This document shows, in pieces, positions 48,658 through 58,054 of a DNA stretch of 64,000 nucleotides. Source of the stretch: Prevotella sp. (GTDB lineage Bacteria > Bacteroidota > Bacteroidia > Bacteroidales > Bacteroidaceae); assembly GCA_017619275.1 (NCBI GenBank), contig JAFZSR010000090.1, positions 6,945-70,944 on the forward strand. Direction: 5' to 3'. Position 1 is the stretch's first letter, and every line of letters begins with the position of its first letter. The notes beneath the pieces were generated by a model. It did not search any database, had not been told where the DNA came from, and worked only from the letters and a program-made list of their open reading frames with translations. Both the position numbers and the translations under genes were made by a program.

Positions 48658-49017
48658 TTAGCGCAGACCGCGGTTCACCAGTGTGGTGTTGAGCAGCTGC
48701 AGATACTTGCGATACTGCTTTTCGTCGAGCACATAGCGCATGTAGCGCACGTCTTTCTTCACGGCCAGCTCCACCATGTCGGTACGTTCGTCGCCATTGG
48801 CCAGGGCTGCCAGCATCATCTCGTTGCAGAACTGGTGATGGATATCCTGCACGGCTTCCATCTGGTCAAGAGTGAGACCCAGTGCCACGGCCAGCTTTCG
48901 CATGTTAATATTCATGTCGTAGGCGTTGGTGGCCTCCATGGTGTTGTTGTTTTCGTTCTCTGCGTTGGCCATTGTCAGTGTGAGCATGGCCACAAGGGTT
49001 AAAACAATCTTTTTCAT
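48658..49017 (-). CDS. Small secreted helical protein (Spy/LTXXQ-like motifs)
   Basis: Signal peptide, LGLTLDQ and LDEKQYRKY motifs. -7 TACCTTTG at 49086-49093 on the minus strand. Confidence 0.75.
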   Translation of the reverse strand: MKKIVLTLVAMLTLTMANAENENNNTMEATNAYDMNINMRKLAVALGLTLDQMEAVQDIHHQFCNEMMLAALANGDERTDMVELAVKKDVRYMRYVLDEKQYRKYLQLLNTTLVNRGLR

Positions 49018-49306
49018 CTTTTTTTCCTTTCTTTTTTAAATGTGTTATCCTGTTGTCGTCGGGTGTTTTGTTCCTTTCGACGGTGCAAAGGTACGGCGAT
49101 ATTTCCATCCAGCAATGGCTTTTTGTGGACTGTGTGCGGAAACAGTCCTCTTTTTTGACAAACATCAAAAAAACGTTAAAGAAACGAATTTTGGCTTTTA
49201 CAGCTTAAAAACACTTGCTGGCAGACCCTATTTATATTCATTCCGCTTCCGCTAGTTTTTTCCACTTCGCTGGCCGTTTTTTTCCACAAACGTATGCCTA
49301 AGAAAA

Positions 49307-49372
49307 AAAAATCGTACGAGATTTTATAAAAAACCGTATGAGTTTTTTTCAAAAACCGTATGAGATTTTTTC
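49307..49372. repeat. 3 x 22-bp tandem repeat upstream of serC
   Basis: AAAAATCGTACGAGATTTTATA / AAAAACCGTATGAGTTTTTTTC / AAAAACCGTATGAGATTTTTTC. Confidence 0.85.
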
Positions 49373-49567
49373 AAAATGCGTTACCAATTTTTTCTATGGC
49401 GTTGCTAAGCATTTTTTCGCTATTATTGCTACAACAAATTGAACGTGTCATTGTGTAAGTTGAATATCGCAAAAATGTGGCAGAAAGTTTTGTTCTTTCA
49501 TCTTTTTTGATTACTTTTGCACCGCATTTTAAGAACAGAAATTTTCTAACAATAAAAAAATGTCATT

Positions 49568-50635
49568 ATGAAGAAGTACAACTTCAATGCCGGCCCTTCG
49601 ATGCTTCCCCGCGAGGTCATCGAGGCCACAGCTCAACAGTGTTTAGATTTCAACGGTTCGGGTCTCTCCTTGATGGAGATTAGCCACCGTGCCAAGGATT
49701 TCCAGCCCGTCGTCGACGAGGCTGTGGCTCTGGTGAAAGAGCTTCTGCAAGTGCCTGAGGGCTATTCCGTCATCTTCCTTGGTGGTGGTGCATCACTGGA
49801 GTTCTGCATGATTCCTTATAACTTCTTGATCAAGAAGGCCGCCTATCTGAATACTGGCGTTTGGGCCAAGAAGGCGCTGAAGGAAGCCAAACTCTTTGGC
49901 GAGGTGGTGGAAGTGGCCAGCTCGGCCGATGCCAACTACACCTTCATCCCGAAGGACTGGACGGTGCCCGCCGATGCCGACTATCTGCACATCACCACGA
50001 ACAACACCATTTATGGTACGGAAATCCGCAAGGACCTCGACGTGCCCGTGCCCATGATTGCCGATATGTCGTCCGACATCTTCAGCCGTCCTATCGACGT
50101 TGCCAAGTACGATGCCATCTATGCCGGTGCCCAGAAGAACCTGGCTATGGCCGGTGTGACCATCGTCATCCTGAAGGACGAGAAGCTGGGCAAGGCTCCG
50201 CGCCCCATCCCCACCATGCTCGACTACCGCACACATGTGGAGAAAGGTTCGATGTTTAACACGCCTCCTGTGGTGCCCATCTATTGCGCCCTCGAGAACC
50301 TGCGCTGGATCAAGCGTCAGGGCGGCGTGGAGGCTATGGACAAGATGGCCAAGCAGCGCGCCGAGATCGTCTATGGCGAGATCGACCGCAACAAGTGCTT
50401 CGTGGGCACTGCCAACGAAGAGGACCGCTCGCTCATGAACCTCTGCTTCGTGATGGCTCCCGAGTACAAGGAGCTGGAGAAGGAGTTCCTCGACTTCGCC
50501 GTGTCGAAGGGAATGGTCGGCGTGAAGGGCCACCGCTCAGTTGGTGGTTTCCGCGCCAGCTGCTACAACGCTCAGACCATCGAGGGCTGCAACGCACTCG
50601 TGGCTTGCATGAAGGAGTTTGAGGCTAATCACTGA
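49568..50635 (+). CDS. serC: Phosphoserine aminotransferase
   Basis: [26 protein letters not shown] and [11 protein letters not shown]. -7 TACTTTTG at 49512-49519. Confidence 0.97.
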   Translation: MKKYNFNAGPSMLPREVIEATAQQCLDFNGSGLSLMEISHRAKDFQPVVDEAVALVKELLQVPEGYSVIFLGGGASLEFCMIPYNFLIKKAAYLNTGVWAKKALKEAKLFGEVVEVASSADANYTFIPKDWTVPADADYLHITTNNTIYGTEIRKDLDVPVPMIADMSSDIFSRPIDVAKYDAIYAGAQKNLAMAGVTIVILKDEKLGKAPRPIPTMLDYRTHVEKGSMFNTPPVVPIYCALENLRWIKRQGGVEAMDKMAKQRAEIVYGEIDRNKCFVGTANEEDRSLMNLCFVMAPEYKELEKEFLDFAVSKGMVGVKGHRSVGGFRASCYNAQTIEGCNALVACMKEFEANH

Positions 50636-50828
50636 ACCCACCCCTATCCCCTCCCGTGCGGGAGGGGAATTTAATTAGACCCGTGGATTCTTTGTAATAA
50701 AGCTTGCAAGGTAAGAAGTTGTTCAATAACCACTTCTTTGGAATAACAGTATAAACAATATCAATTTAAAAAGGAGACCCCATAAGTAACCAAACTCCCC
50801 TCACCTTGGGGAGGGGTTGGGGGTGGGT
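50636..50828. repeat. REPIN/MITE-like element with 35-bp imperfect terminal inverted repeats
   Basis: Left arm ACCCACCCCTATCCCCTCCCGTGCGGGAGGGGAAT; reverse complement of the right arm ACCCACCCCCAACCCCTCCCCAAGGTGAGGGGAGT. AT-rich spacer between them. Confidence 0.8.
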
Positions 50829-50831
50829 ATA

Positions 50832-51746
50832 ATGAAAGTTTTAGTAGCAACCGAGAAGCCTTTCGCCGCAGCAGCCGTCGAGGGCATTCGTAAAGAGATT
50901 GAGACTGCTGGCAATGAGCTGGCTCTTTTAGAGAAATACACCGAGAAGCAGCAGCTGCTCGATGCCGTGAAGGACGCCGACGCCCTGATTATCCGCTCGG
51001 ACAAGGTGGACGCCGAGGTGCTCGACGCCGCCAAGCAGCTGAAGATTGTGGTTCGTGCCGGTGCTGGTTACGATAACATCGACCTGGCCGCCGCCACCGC
51101 CCACAACGTAGTGGCTGAGAATACGCCTGGTCAGAACGCCAACGCCGTGGCCGAGCTGGTGTTCGGTCTGTTGGTGTTTGCCGTCCGTCAGTTCTATAAC
51201 GGCAAGGCCGGCACCGAGCTGATGGGCAAGAAACTTGGTATCCTCGCTTTTGGTAACGTGGGTCGCAACGTGGCACGCATCGCCAAGGGCTTCGGCATGG
51301 AAGTCTATGCCTACGATGCCTATTGCCCCGCCGAGGTTATCGAGAAGGCTGGTGTGCATGCAGTGGAGAATCAGGACGCCCTGTTTGAGCAGTGCGACGT
51401 GGTGAGCCTCCACATCCCCGCCACCCCCGAGACCAAGCAGAGCATCAACTACGCCCTCGTGGGCAAGATGAAGAAGGGCGGCATTCTGGTGAACACTGCC
51501 CGCAAGGAGGTCATCAACGAGCCGGAGCTGCTGAAGCTCATGGAAGAGCGTGCCGACCTGAAGTTCGTTACCGACATCATGCCCGATGCCAACGCCGACT
51601 TCGCCAAGTTCGAGGGTCGTTATTTCTCCACCCCGAAGAAGATGGGTGCCCAGACGGCTGAGGCCAATACCAACGCCGGCATCGCCGCCGCCCGCCAAAT
51701 CAACGCCTTCTTCAAGGATGGCGACACAAGGTTCAAGGTGAATTGA
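50832..51746 (+). CDS. serA: D-3-phosphoglycerate dehydrogenase
   Basis: RAGAGYDNID, NTPGQNANAVAEL and NTARKEVI; follows serC. Confidence 0.9.
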   Translation: MKVLVATEKPFAAAAVEGIRKEIETAGNELALLEKYTEKQQLLDAVKDADALIIRSDKVDAEVLDAAKQLKIVVRAGAGYDNIDLAAATAHNVVAENTPGQNANAVAELVFGLLVFAVRQFYNGKAGTELMGKKLGILAFGNVGRNVARIAKGFGMEVYAYDAYCPAEVIEKAGVHAVENQDALFEQCDVVSLHIPATPETKQSINYALVGKMKKGGILVNTARKEVINEPELLKLMEERADLKFVTDIMPDANADFAKFEGRYFSTPKKMGAQTAEANTNAGIAAARQINAFFKDGDTRFKVN

Positions 51747-51759
51747 ACCCAAGTTTTTC

Positions 51760-51836
51760 GCCCCCTAAGTTAGGGAGGTGTCTGAACAACCGTGAAACGC
51801 GCTGGTTCAGGCTCTCAACCCCCTAACTTAGGGGGC
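51760..51836. repeat. Palindromic REP-like element
   Basis: 16-bp perfect inverted repeat GCCCCCTAAGTTAGGG / CCCTAACTTAGGGGGC with an inner CTGAAC / GTTCAG stem. Confidence 0.8.
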
Positions 51837-51861
51837 TTAACAAACTCCTAACCACTAACTA

Positions 51862-53595
51862 ATGAAAACGACTTTGCTGTTTCTGGCCTTGGCCATAGCC
51901 ACTTCAACGATGGCGCAAAACGGCCCCACCATGGGCTGGAGTTCGTGGAACACCTACGGCGTTAACATCAACGAGAACCTGATCAAGCGTCAGGCCGATG
52001 CGATGGTGTCGAAGGGTTTGAAGGCCGTGGGCTTTGACCATATCAACATCGACGACGGTTTCTTTGGCGGGCGCGACAAGGCTACGGGCGAGCTGCTCAT
52101 CCATCCCCAGCGCTTCCCTCACGGCCTGAAGCCTGTGGCCGACTATATCCACTCAAAGGGATTGAAGGCGGGCATCTATAGCGATGCCGGTGGCAACACC
52201 TGCGGCAACTACTACAACGGCGACGTGCTCAGCGTCGATGTGGGCTTCTACAACTACGACCAGCACGATGCCGATTTCTATTTCAACGAGTGTGGGTTCG
52301 ACTTCATCAAGGTGGACTTCTGCGGTGGCGACGCCCCGCAGAACTCGCAGCGCCTAGCCCTCGATCCGCAGGAGCGCTACACCGCCATCAGCGAAGCCAT
52401 CAAGAACACCGGGCGCACCGACGTCAGGATGAACGTGTGCCGTTGGAACTATCCTGGCACATGGGTGCACGACGTGGCCTTCTCGTGGCGCACCACCCAC
52501 GACATCAACAACAGCTGGGGCTCGGTGAAGGGCATTCTGGCCGAGAACCTCTACATGAGCGCCTACTGTTACGACGGCCACTATAACGACATGGACATGC
52601 TCGAGGTGGGGCGCTCGCTCACCACCGAGGAGGACCGCACACACTTTGGTATGTGGTGTATCATGGCGTCGCCGCTGCTCATCGGCTGCGACCTCACCAA
52701 TATTAAGAGCACCACGCTGACGCTGCTCAAGAACACCGAGCTCATCGCCCTCAACCAAGACTCCCTTTGTCTGCAGGCCTACGTGGCCGCTTTGAACAAC
52801 GACTGCCACATCCTGGTGAAGGACATTGAGACGCTGGGCGGTAACAAGCGGGCCGTGGCCATCTATAATCCTAATGACGAAAAGAAGACGGTTGTGCTAA
52901 ATTTCAGCGACATCGACTTGGCAGGAACGGTGCGGCTGCGTGATGTGTTTCAGCGCAAAGACTTAGGTGAATTCACCGACCAGTTCGAGATAACGGTGCC
53001 CGCCCATGGCACCCGCATCTATGTAGCCGAGGCCGACAAGCGGCTGGAGCGCACCCGCTATGAGGCAGAGACCGCTTATATCAGCGACTATCAGGAGTTG
53101 AAGAACAACCAGTCGGAACAGACCGGCATCTACGAGGCATCCAGCTTCTGCTCGGCAGGTTTCAAGGCCGGCTGGCTGGGACAGAAAGAGGAGAACGACC
53201 TGCTCTTTCGCGATGTTTATAGTTTTGAGGGCGGCGAATACAAGCTCACCATCGGATATATTTCGGGCGAGAACCGCAACATCACCGTCGGTGTGAACGG
53301 CTCTACTGTCACCACCGTCAACGTCAATAGCGGCGGCTGGCAGACCGTGGGCAAAAAGACGCTCACCGTGAACCTCGTGAAGGGGCGCAATGTCATTCGC
53401 CTGTCGAATGCCAAGGCGTGGATGCCCGACATTGACTATATCGAGCTTACGCCTGTGGTATCGGCCTCCATCCACGATGTTCAACAATCGTCTTCTAACG
53501 TTCAACGTACCTACGACCTGCAGGGGCGCTTGCTCAATGGTAAGCAGATGGCAAGCGGTATCGTAATCAGCCAAGGGCGAAAAGTGCTGAAATGA
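51862..53595 (+). CDS. GH27 alpha-galactosidase-like enzyme with CBM (CBM35/CBM6-like) and T9SS-type C-terminal tail
   Basis: PTMGWSSWN, NIDDG, DFIKVDFC and YNDMDMLEVG; YEAE CBM start; YDLQGR...GRKVLK tail. Confidence 0.9.
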   Translation: MKTTLLFLALAIATSTMAQNGPTMGWSSWNTYGVNINENLIKRQADAMVSKGLKAVGFDHINIDDGFFGGRDKATGELLIHPQRFPHGLKPVADYIHSKGLKAGIYSDAGGNTCGNYYNGDVLSVDVGFYNYDQHDADFYFNECGFDFIKVDFCGGDAPQNSQRLALDPQERYTAISEAIKNTGRTDVRMNVCRWNYPGTWVHDVAFSWRTTHDINNSWGSVKGILAENLYMSAYCYDGHYNDMDMLEVGRSLTTEEDRTHFGMWCIMASPLLIGCDLTNIKSTTLTLLKNTELIALNQDSLCLQAYVAALNNDCHILVKDIETLGGNKRAVAIYNPNDEKKTVVLNFSDIDLAGTVRLRDVFQRKDLGEFTDQFEITVPAHGTRIYVAEADKRLERTRYEAETAYISDYQELKNNQSEQTGIYEASSFCSAGFKAGWLGQKEENDLLFRDVYSFEGGEYKLTIGYISGENRNITVGVNGSTVTTVNVNSGGWQTVGKKTLTVNLVKGRNVIRLSNAKAWMPDIDYIELTPVVSASIHDVQQSSSNVQRTYDLQGRLLNGKQMASGIVISQGRKVLK

Positions 53596-54416
53596 CCTAT
53601 CGCAAGTTTTGGCAACCGCTCACAGCACGCTACGACGAAGGCGAGGCAAAGGCCATCACCCGTATGGTGGCAGAGGTGCGGTTTGGGCTCTCGCATGCCG
53701 ATGTGTTGGCAGGGCGGATGGAAACCGTGAGTGAGCAGGAACTGAAACCGTTGCAAGAACGACTGCTGGCGGGCGAACCTGTACAGTATGTGCTGGGCCA
53801 GGCGCAGTTCTTCGGGCGCTGGTTCCATGTGGAGCCTGGCGTGTTGATTCCACGGTCCGAGACGGAGGAACTCTGTCAGCATATCTTGGAAGATGCTCGC
53901 ATCAACCCATGCGCGAGCATCCTCGACATTGGGACGGGCAGCGGTTGCATAGCCATCACGCTGGCCGCCGAGCTGCCCCAAGCCAGTATCATGGCGTGGG
54001 ATATATCCGAGAAAGCGCTGGCTATCGCCCATCGCAATGCCCAGCAGGTTCATGAAGTGAGCTTTCGTTTGGTCGACGCCCTCTGCCCGCCCATGGGCGA
54101 CAGCGATTATTGGGACATCATCGTGAGCAATCCGCCTTACGTGTGCGAAGAAGAAAAGGACCAGATGGAGCCGCATGTGCTGGAGCATGAACCCCACGAG
54201 GCGCTGTTCGTGCCCGACGACGACCCGTTGCTTTTCTACCGTTCCATTGGCCACTATTCCCTTCACGCATTGAAGCCCGGCGGTCGCCTCTTCTTCGAAC
54301 TGAACGCCCGTTATGCCCAGGAAACGGCTACGTTGCTGCGTGGGATGGGCTTTCAGTCTGTCGACATCATCAAAGACCAATACGGCAAAGACCGATTCAT
54401 CAAGACATGCAAGTGA
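53592..54416 (+). CDS. prmC: Release factor glutamine methyltransferase
   Basis: GEPVQY, VLIPR.ETEEL, LDIGTGSGCIA and SNPPY. Confidence 0.95.
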   Translation: MTYRKFWQPLTARYDEGEAKAITRMVAEVRFGLSHADVLAGRMETVSEQELKPLQERLLAGEPVQYVLGQAQFFGRWFHVEPGVLIPRSETEELCQHILEDARINPCASILDIGTGSGCIAITLAAELPQASIMAWDISEKALAIAHRNAQQVHEVSFRLVDALCPPMGDSDYWDIIVSNPPYVCEEEKDQMEPHVLEHEPHEALFVPDDDPLLFYRSIGHYSLHALKPGGRLFFELNARYAQETATLLRGMGFQSVDIIKDQYGKDRFIKTCK

Positions 54417-54895
54417 AAAAAGAAATGACTGGCCAACAGGCCTTTCAGCGTTTGGCCGCCCTCTGCGCCCGTGGCGAGCATTGCCAAAACGAGATGCTGG
54501 AAAAGATGCGCCAGTGGGGCGTGTCGGAGGAGGAGCAAGCTCAGGTGATGGCTCGTCTTACCGAGGAACATTATGTCGATGACGAGCGCTACGCCCGTGC
54601 TTTCGTGGCCGACAAGGTGCGCTACAACAAATGGGGCCGACGCAAGGTGGAACAGGCGTTGTGGCAGAAGCACATCGACAACGACATCGCCACCCGTGTA
54701 CTCGACGCCGTTGACGACCAGGATTACATCAACGCCTTGCGCCCGTTGTTGCAGCAGAAGCGCCGAAACACGAAAGCCTCAAACGAATATGATTTGACGA
54801 AAAAACTTATCAAGTTTGCCCTTGGCCGTGGCTTCACCATGGACATCATACGGCAATGCATGGAAGTGCAGGATGAAGACGAGTTTCTGGACTAG
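54407..54895 (+). CDS. recX: RecX family regulator
   Basis: YVDDERYARAF, KWGRRK and FALGRGF. Confidence 0.9.
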   Translation: MQVKKEMTGQQAFQRLAALCARGEHCQNEMLEKMRQWGVSEEEQAQVMARLTEEHYVDDERYARAFVADKVRYNKWGRRKVEQALWQKHIDNDIATRVLDAVDDQDYINALRPLLQQKRRNTKASNEYDLTKKLIKFALGRGFTMDIIRQCMEVQDEDEFLD

Positions 54896-55571
54896 ACTGC
54901 TCGATGTGGTGTCGCCCCGCAGCTGCTCGGTGTGCGGTCGCCGCTTATCGCCAAGCGAGCGCGTGCTCTGCGCTTCCTGTCATTTGCACCTGCCACTCAC
55001 CAACTACGAGCTATCGCCGTTAGACAATCCCATGGCTAGGCTCTTCTGGGGACATTTTCCTATAGAGCGTGTGGCTGCTCTTTTTTTCTATCAGGCCCAA
55101 GCGCCCCACAGTCAGCTCATCTACGACCTGAAATACCGCTCCATGCCCGATGTGGGCGAGGCGCTTGGCGCGATGGCCGCCCGTCGGTTTGCCGCCCAAG
55201 GCTTCTTCGATGGCATCGATGCGCTGGTGCCTATGCCCATCACTCGCCGTCGCCGATGGCAGCGCGGCTACAACCAGAGCGAGATGATAGCGCGAGGCGT
55301 GCAAACGGTGACGGGGCTCCCTATATATAATAATGTGGTGCGGCGCAACAGGTTCAACCAGAGCCAAACCACCCAGCATGCTTGGGAACGGATGCTCAAC
55401 GTGGAGAATGCCTTTTCTTTAATGGATGGCGACAATTTGGCAGGTCGACATGTGCTGCTCATCGACGATGTGATTACGACCGGCGCCACCGTCATTGCCT
55501 GTGGCCGCACGTTGGCCGCCATCCCCAACATCCGCATCAGCGTCATGTCGCTGGGGCTTACAAAGGATTAA
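54873..55571 (+). CDS. comF: ComF family phosphoribosyltransferase-like protein
   Basis: N-terminal CxxC...CxxC, LKY, RGYNQS and LLIDDVITTGAT. Confidence 0.92.
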   Translation: MKTSFWTRLLDVVSPRSCSVCGRRLSPSERVLCASCHLHLPLTNYELSPLDNPMARLFWGHFPIERVAALFFYQAQAPHSQLIYDLKYRSMPDVGEALGAMAARRFAAQGFFDGIDALVPMPITRRRRWQRGYNQSEMIARGVQTVTGLPIYNNVVRRNRFNQSQTTQHAWERMLNVENAFSLMDGDNLAGRHVLLIDDVITTGATVIACGRTLAAIPNIRISVMSLGLTKD

Positions 55572-55578
55572 GCTAACG

Positions 55579-57030
55579 TTACCAATTGTCGGTGCGGAAG
55601 GGAACGAGGGGAAGGTTTGCCCCATTCTTCACATTTCCCAGTTGGAAATTACGGAAACAATAGCGCACGGCGACAGGGTGGGGCACTTGTGGGCTGCTGA
55701 CGGTGATGGCCTCGTCCCAATAGCCGCCGCCGGGCTGCCAGAAATGGCGAGCCTGGGCAGGATGGAACACACGGTCGTCGCCCGCCACCTCGAAGCCTTG
55801 GATATTCTCGAAAGGCGCGTCGCTGTGGTAGTTGTCCTGCAGATGGATGTAGACGACATCGCCTTTCACCATCATGTCCTTATAGACAGAATTCTTATAG
55901 AGAATGGATTCGAAGCCGTAGTCGCGGTTTAGTGCGGCGTATGCCAGGCGCTCACCCACCTGACGCTTCTGCGTGGGGTGTATCTGCGTAAACTCGTATG
56001 GATAGACCAGGTCGGCCGTGCAAACCATCGCGCTGTTGGGGATGATCTGCGTGGCCTTCCACTGCTGTTCCCGCAGAAGAGCACCGTCTGTGCCGTTCAC
56101 GTCGTCATAGTGATAGGGGGCAATCTGCACGAAGTAAAAGGGGATCTCGCCTAAACGGAACTGGCTGCGCCATTGGTCGACGAGCAGCTTTAAGCGCTGC
56201 GAATACTGGTCGCCGGGGTCGCCCACATTCGAGCATCCTTGATAGAAGAGGATGCCTTTGACGGTGTAATTGAGAATGGGGTTGAAGGTGCCATTGCCCC
56301 AAAGGAGCGAGCGATGGTAGTCCATGGGCCAGCGGGCAGCAATGTCAGTAGAGTCGACGGGGTCGGAGGTGTATTTGGTCAGGTTCTCCTTGGTGAGCCA
56401 GCTTTCCACGCGAGTGCCTCCCTTGTTGGCCTCGATGATGCCGATGGGGATGTCGAGGGCTTGGTGCATGGTGCGGGCAAAGAAATAACCTGTGGCCGAG
56501 AAGTCGGCCACCGTCGCGGGACTGCATTCTTTCCATTCGCACTCGGCATCGTCCTGAGGTTCGCTGCGCATGATGCTTGGAATCTTCACGCTGTGCACGG
56601 CCTTGTGCTGGGCCGACTCCACTACCCATTCGTTGTAGCCCTCGACGGGGCACTGCCAAAAGCCTTTCACGGGCATCTCCATGTTCGACTGTCCGGCGCA
56701 CACCCACACCTCGCCAGCCAGCACGCCTGTGATGGTGGTCTTATCGCCGTCGTCGAAGGTGATGGAAAGAGGGGTATATGAGGCTTTGGGCGATTTCACG
56801 TTGACGAGCCATTGGCCATTCCTGTCGGTCTTGGCGGTGGCCACCTCGTTGCTCCACGATGTGCTGACCTTTACCGTGCGCCCCGGCTGGTCCCATCCCC
56901 ACAGGCGCACGTCGGTTTGCTGTTGGATAATCATGTTGTTGCCAATGAGATGGTGAAGCCTCACCTTGGCATTGGCTGCGGTGCACATCAGCGTCAGCAC
57001 CACAATGGTAGTAGTAGTTAGTCGTTTCAT
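55579..57030 (-). CDS. Sialate O-acetylesterase family (SASA) protein
   Basis: Signal peptide from ATG 57030, GEVWVCAGQSNME, YQGCSN, IHP and PFRTD. Confidence 0.9.
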   Translation of the reverse strand: MKRLTTTTIVVLTLMCTAANAKVRLHHLIGNNMIIQQQTDVRLWGWDQPGRTVKVSTSWSNEVATAKTDRNGQWLVNVKSPKASYTPLSITFDDGDKTTITGVLAGEVWVCAGQSNMEMPVKGFWQCPVEGYNEWVVESAQHKAVHSVKIPSIMRSEPQDDAECEWKECSPATVADFSATGYFFARTMHQALDIPIGIIEANKGGTRVESWLTKENLTKYTSDPVDSTDIAARWPMDYHRSLLWGNGTFNPILNYTVKGILFYQGCSNVGDPGDQYSQRLKLLVDQWRSQFRLGEIPFYFVQIAPYHYDDVNGTDGALLREQQWKATQIIPNSAMVCTADLVYPYEFTQIHPTQKRQVGERLAYAALNRDYGFESILYKNSVYKDMMVKGDVVYIHLQDNYHSDAPFENIQGFEVAGDDRVFHPAQARHFWQPGGGYWDEAITVSSPQVPHPVAVRYCFRNFQLGNVKNGANLPLVPFRTDNW

Positions 57031-57046
57031 GATTATGGTTGTTGGT

Positions 57047-58054
57047 TTATTCTTCCCATCTGGCGCCCTCGCGCAGCACAAATGTCACTTTCGAATTCTT
57101 GGGCAGCTGTGGCTTTTTCCACTCGCCGCCTAACAACTGGATGGTGCACGGCTTCAGCGGGTCAATGGCTTTCAACGCAGCATCGAGCGTAAGGTACTGG
57201 CCGCGTCCCAGCTTATCGACCGTGGCATCGGCTTCCACGCGATACTTCGACAAGAGCGGAACCTCCTGACATATCGCATCGGCCAGCAAGCGTGCCACTT
57301 GCTGAGCTCCATATATATTATAATGTGTGTTGTCTTGCTTGCCTTTTGGCTCCGACGGCTCTTGGCCAGGAAGGAACCACATGTGCAAACGCTTGGAGGC
57401 TTCGGTGCCAAGTCCTTGCTCCAGGTCGTGGGTCAGCCGATTGGCATCTACGAAGAGACAGTTCATGCGCCGTGCCACATCGCGCGGTGCCACGGCATAG
57501 AGTCCGTGAGTGTCGATGAGGGTGTCGCCCTCCACCATCTTCGCGCCGTCCTTGAAGGTCTGCGTGCGCAGTTTTTCATCGTCGTAGTTCTCGGGTGCAG
57601 CCACGAAGAAGTTGCGGCGCACCACGCAGTTCATCAAGATGGGGATGCCACCATGCTCGCGCGTTTCGCGTATAAACTTCGCCAAGTTATAGTCGAAGGT
57701 GGAGCCTGGGTCGGTGTGGCGGTCGGCAGGTGCTTTCTCATCGTTGTGCCCAAACTGGATGATGACGTAATCGCCGGGCTTCATCTTGTCGAGCACCTTC
57801 TGCCAGCGGCCCTCGTTGATGAAGCTGAGCGAGGAGCGGCCATTCACAGCATGATTGTCGATACGCACATAGTCGGGGTCGAAGAAACACTGCAGGGCCA
57901 TGCCCCATCCCCGTTCCTGCTTGCCATTGGAGATGTCCTTATTGGCCATGGTGGAATCGCCAATCATGAAGATGGTGGTCACCTTGTCTTCCCTTGCTGC
58001 CGGCAGCAGCAAGAGTGCGACAAGCAGCAGACTCCATGGTCGGAACAGTCTCAT
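57047..58054 (-). CDS. GDSL rhamnogalacturonan/pectin acetylesterase (CE12-like)
   Basis: [22 protein letters not shown] and DNTH. Confidence 0.88.
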   Translation of the reverse strand: MRLFRPWSLLLVALLLLPAAREDKVTTIFMIGDSTMANKDISNGKQERGWGMALQCFFDPDYVRIDNHAVNGRSSLSFINEGRWQKVLDKMKPGDYVIIQFGHNDEKAPADRHTDPGSTFDYNLAKFIRETREHGGIPILMNCVVRRNFFVAAPENYDDEKLRTQTFKDGAKMVEGDTLIDTHGLYAVAPRDVARRMNCLFVDANRLTHDLEQGLGTEASKRLHMWFLPGQEPSEPKGKQDNTHYNIYGAQQVARLLADAICQEVPLLSKYRVEADATVDKLGRGQYLTLDAALKAIDPLKPCTIQLLGGEWKKPQLPKNSKVTFVLREGARWEE

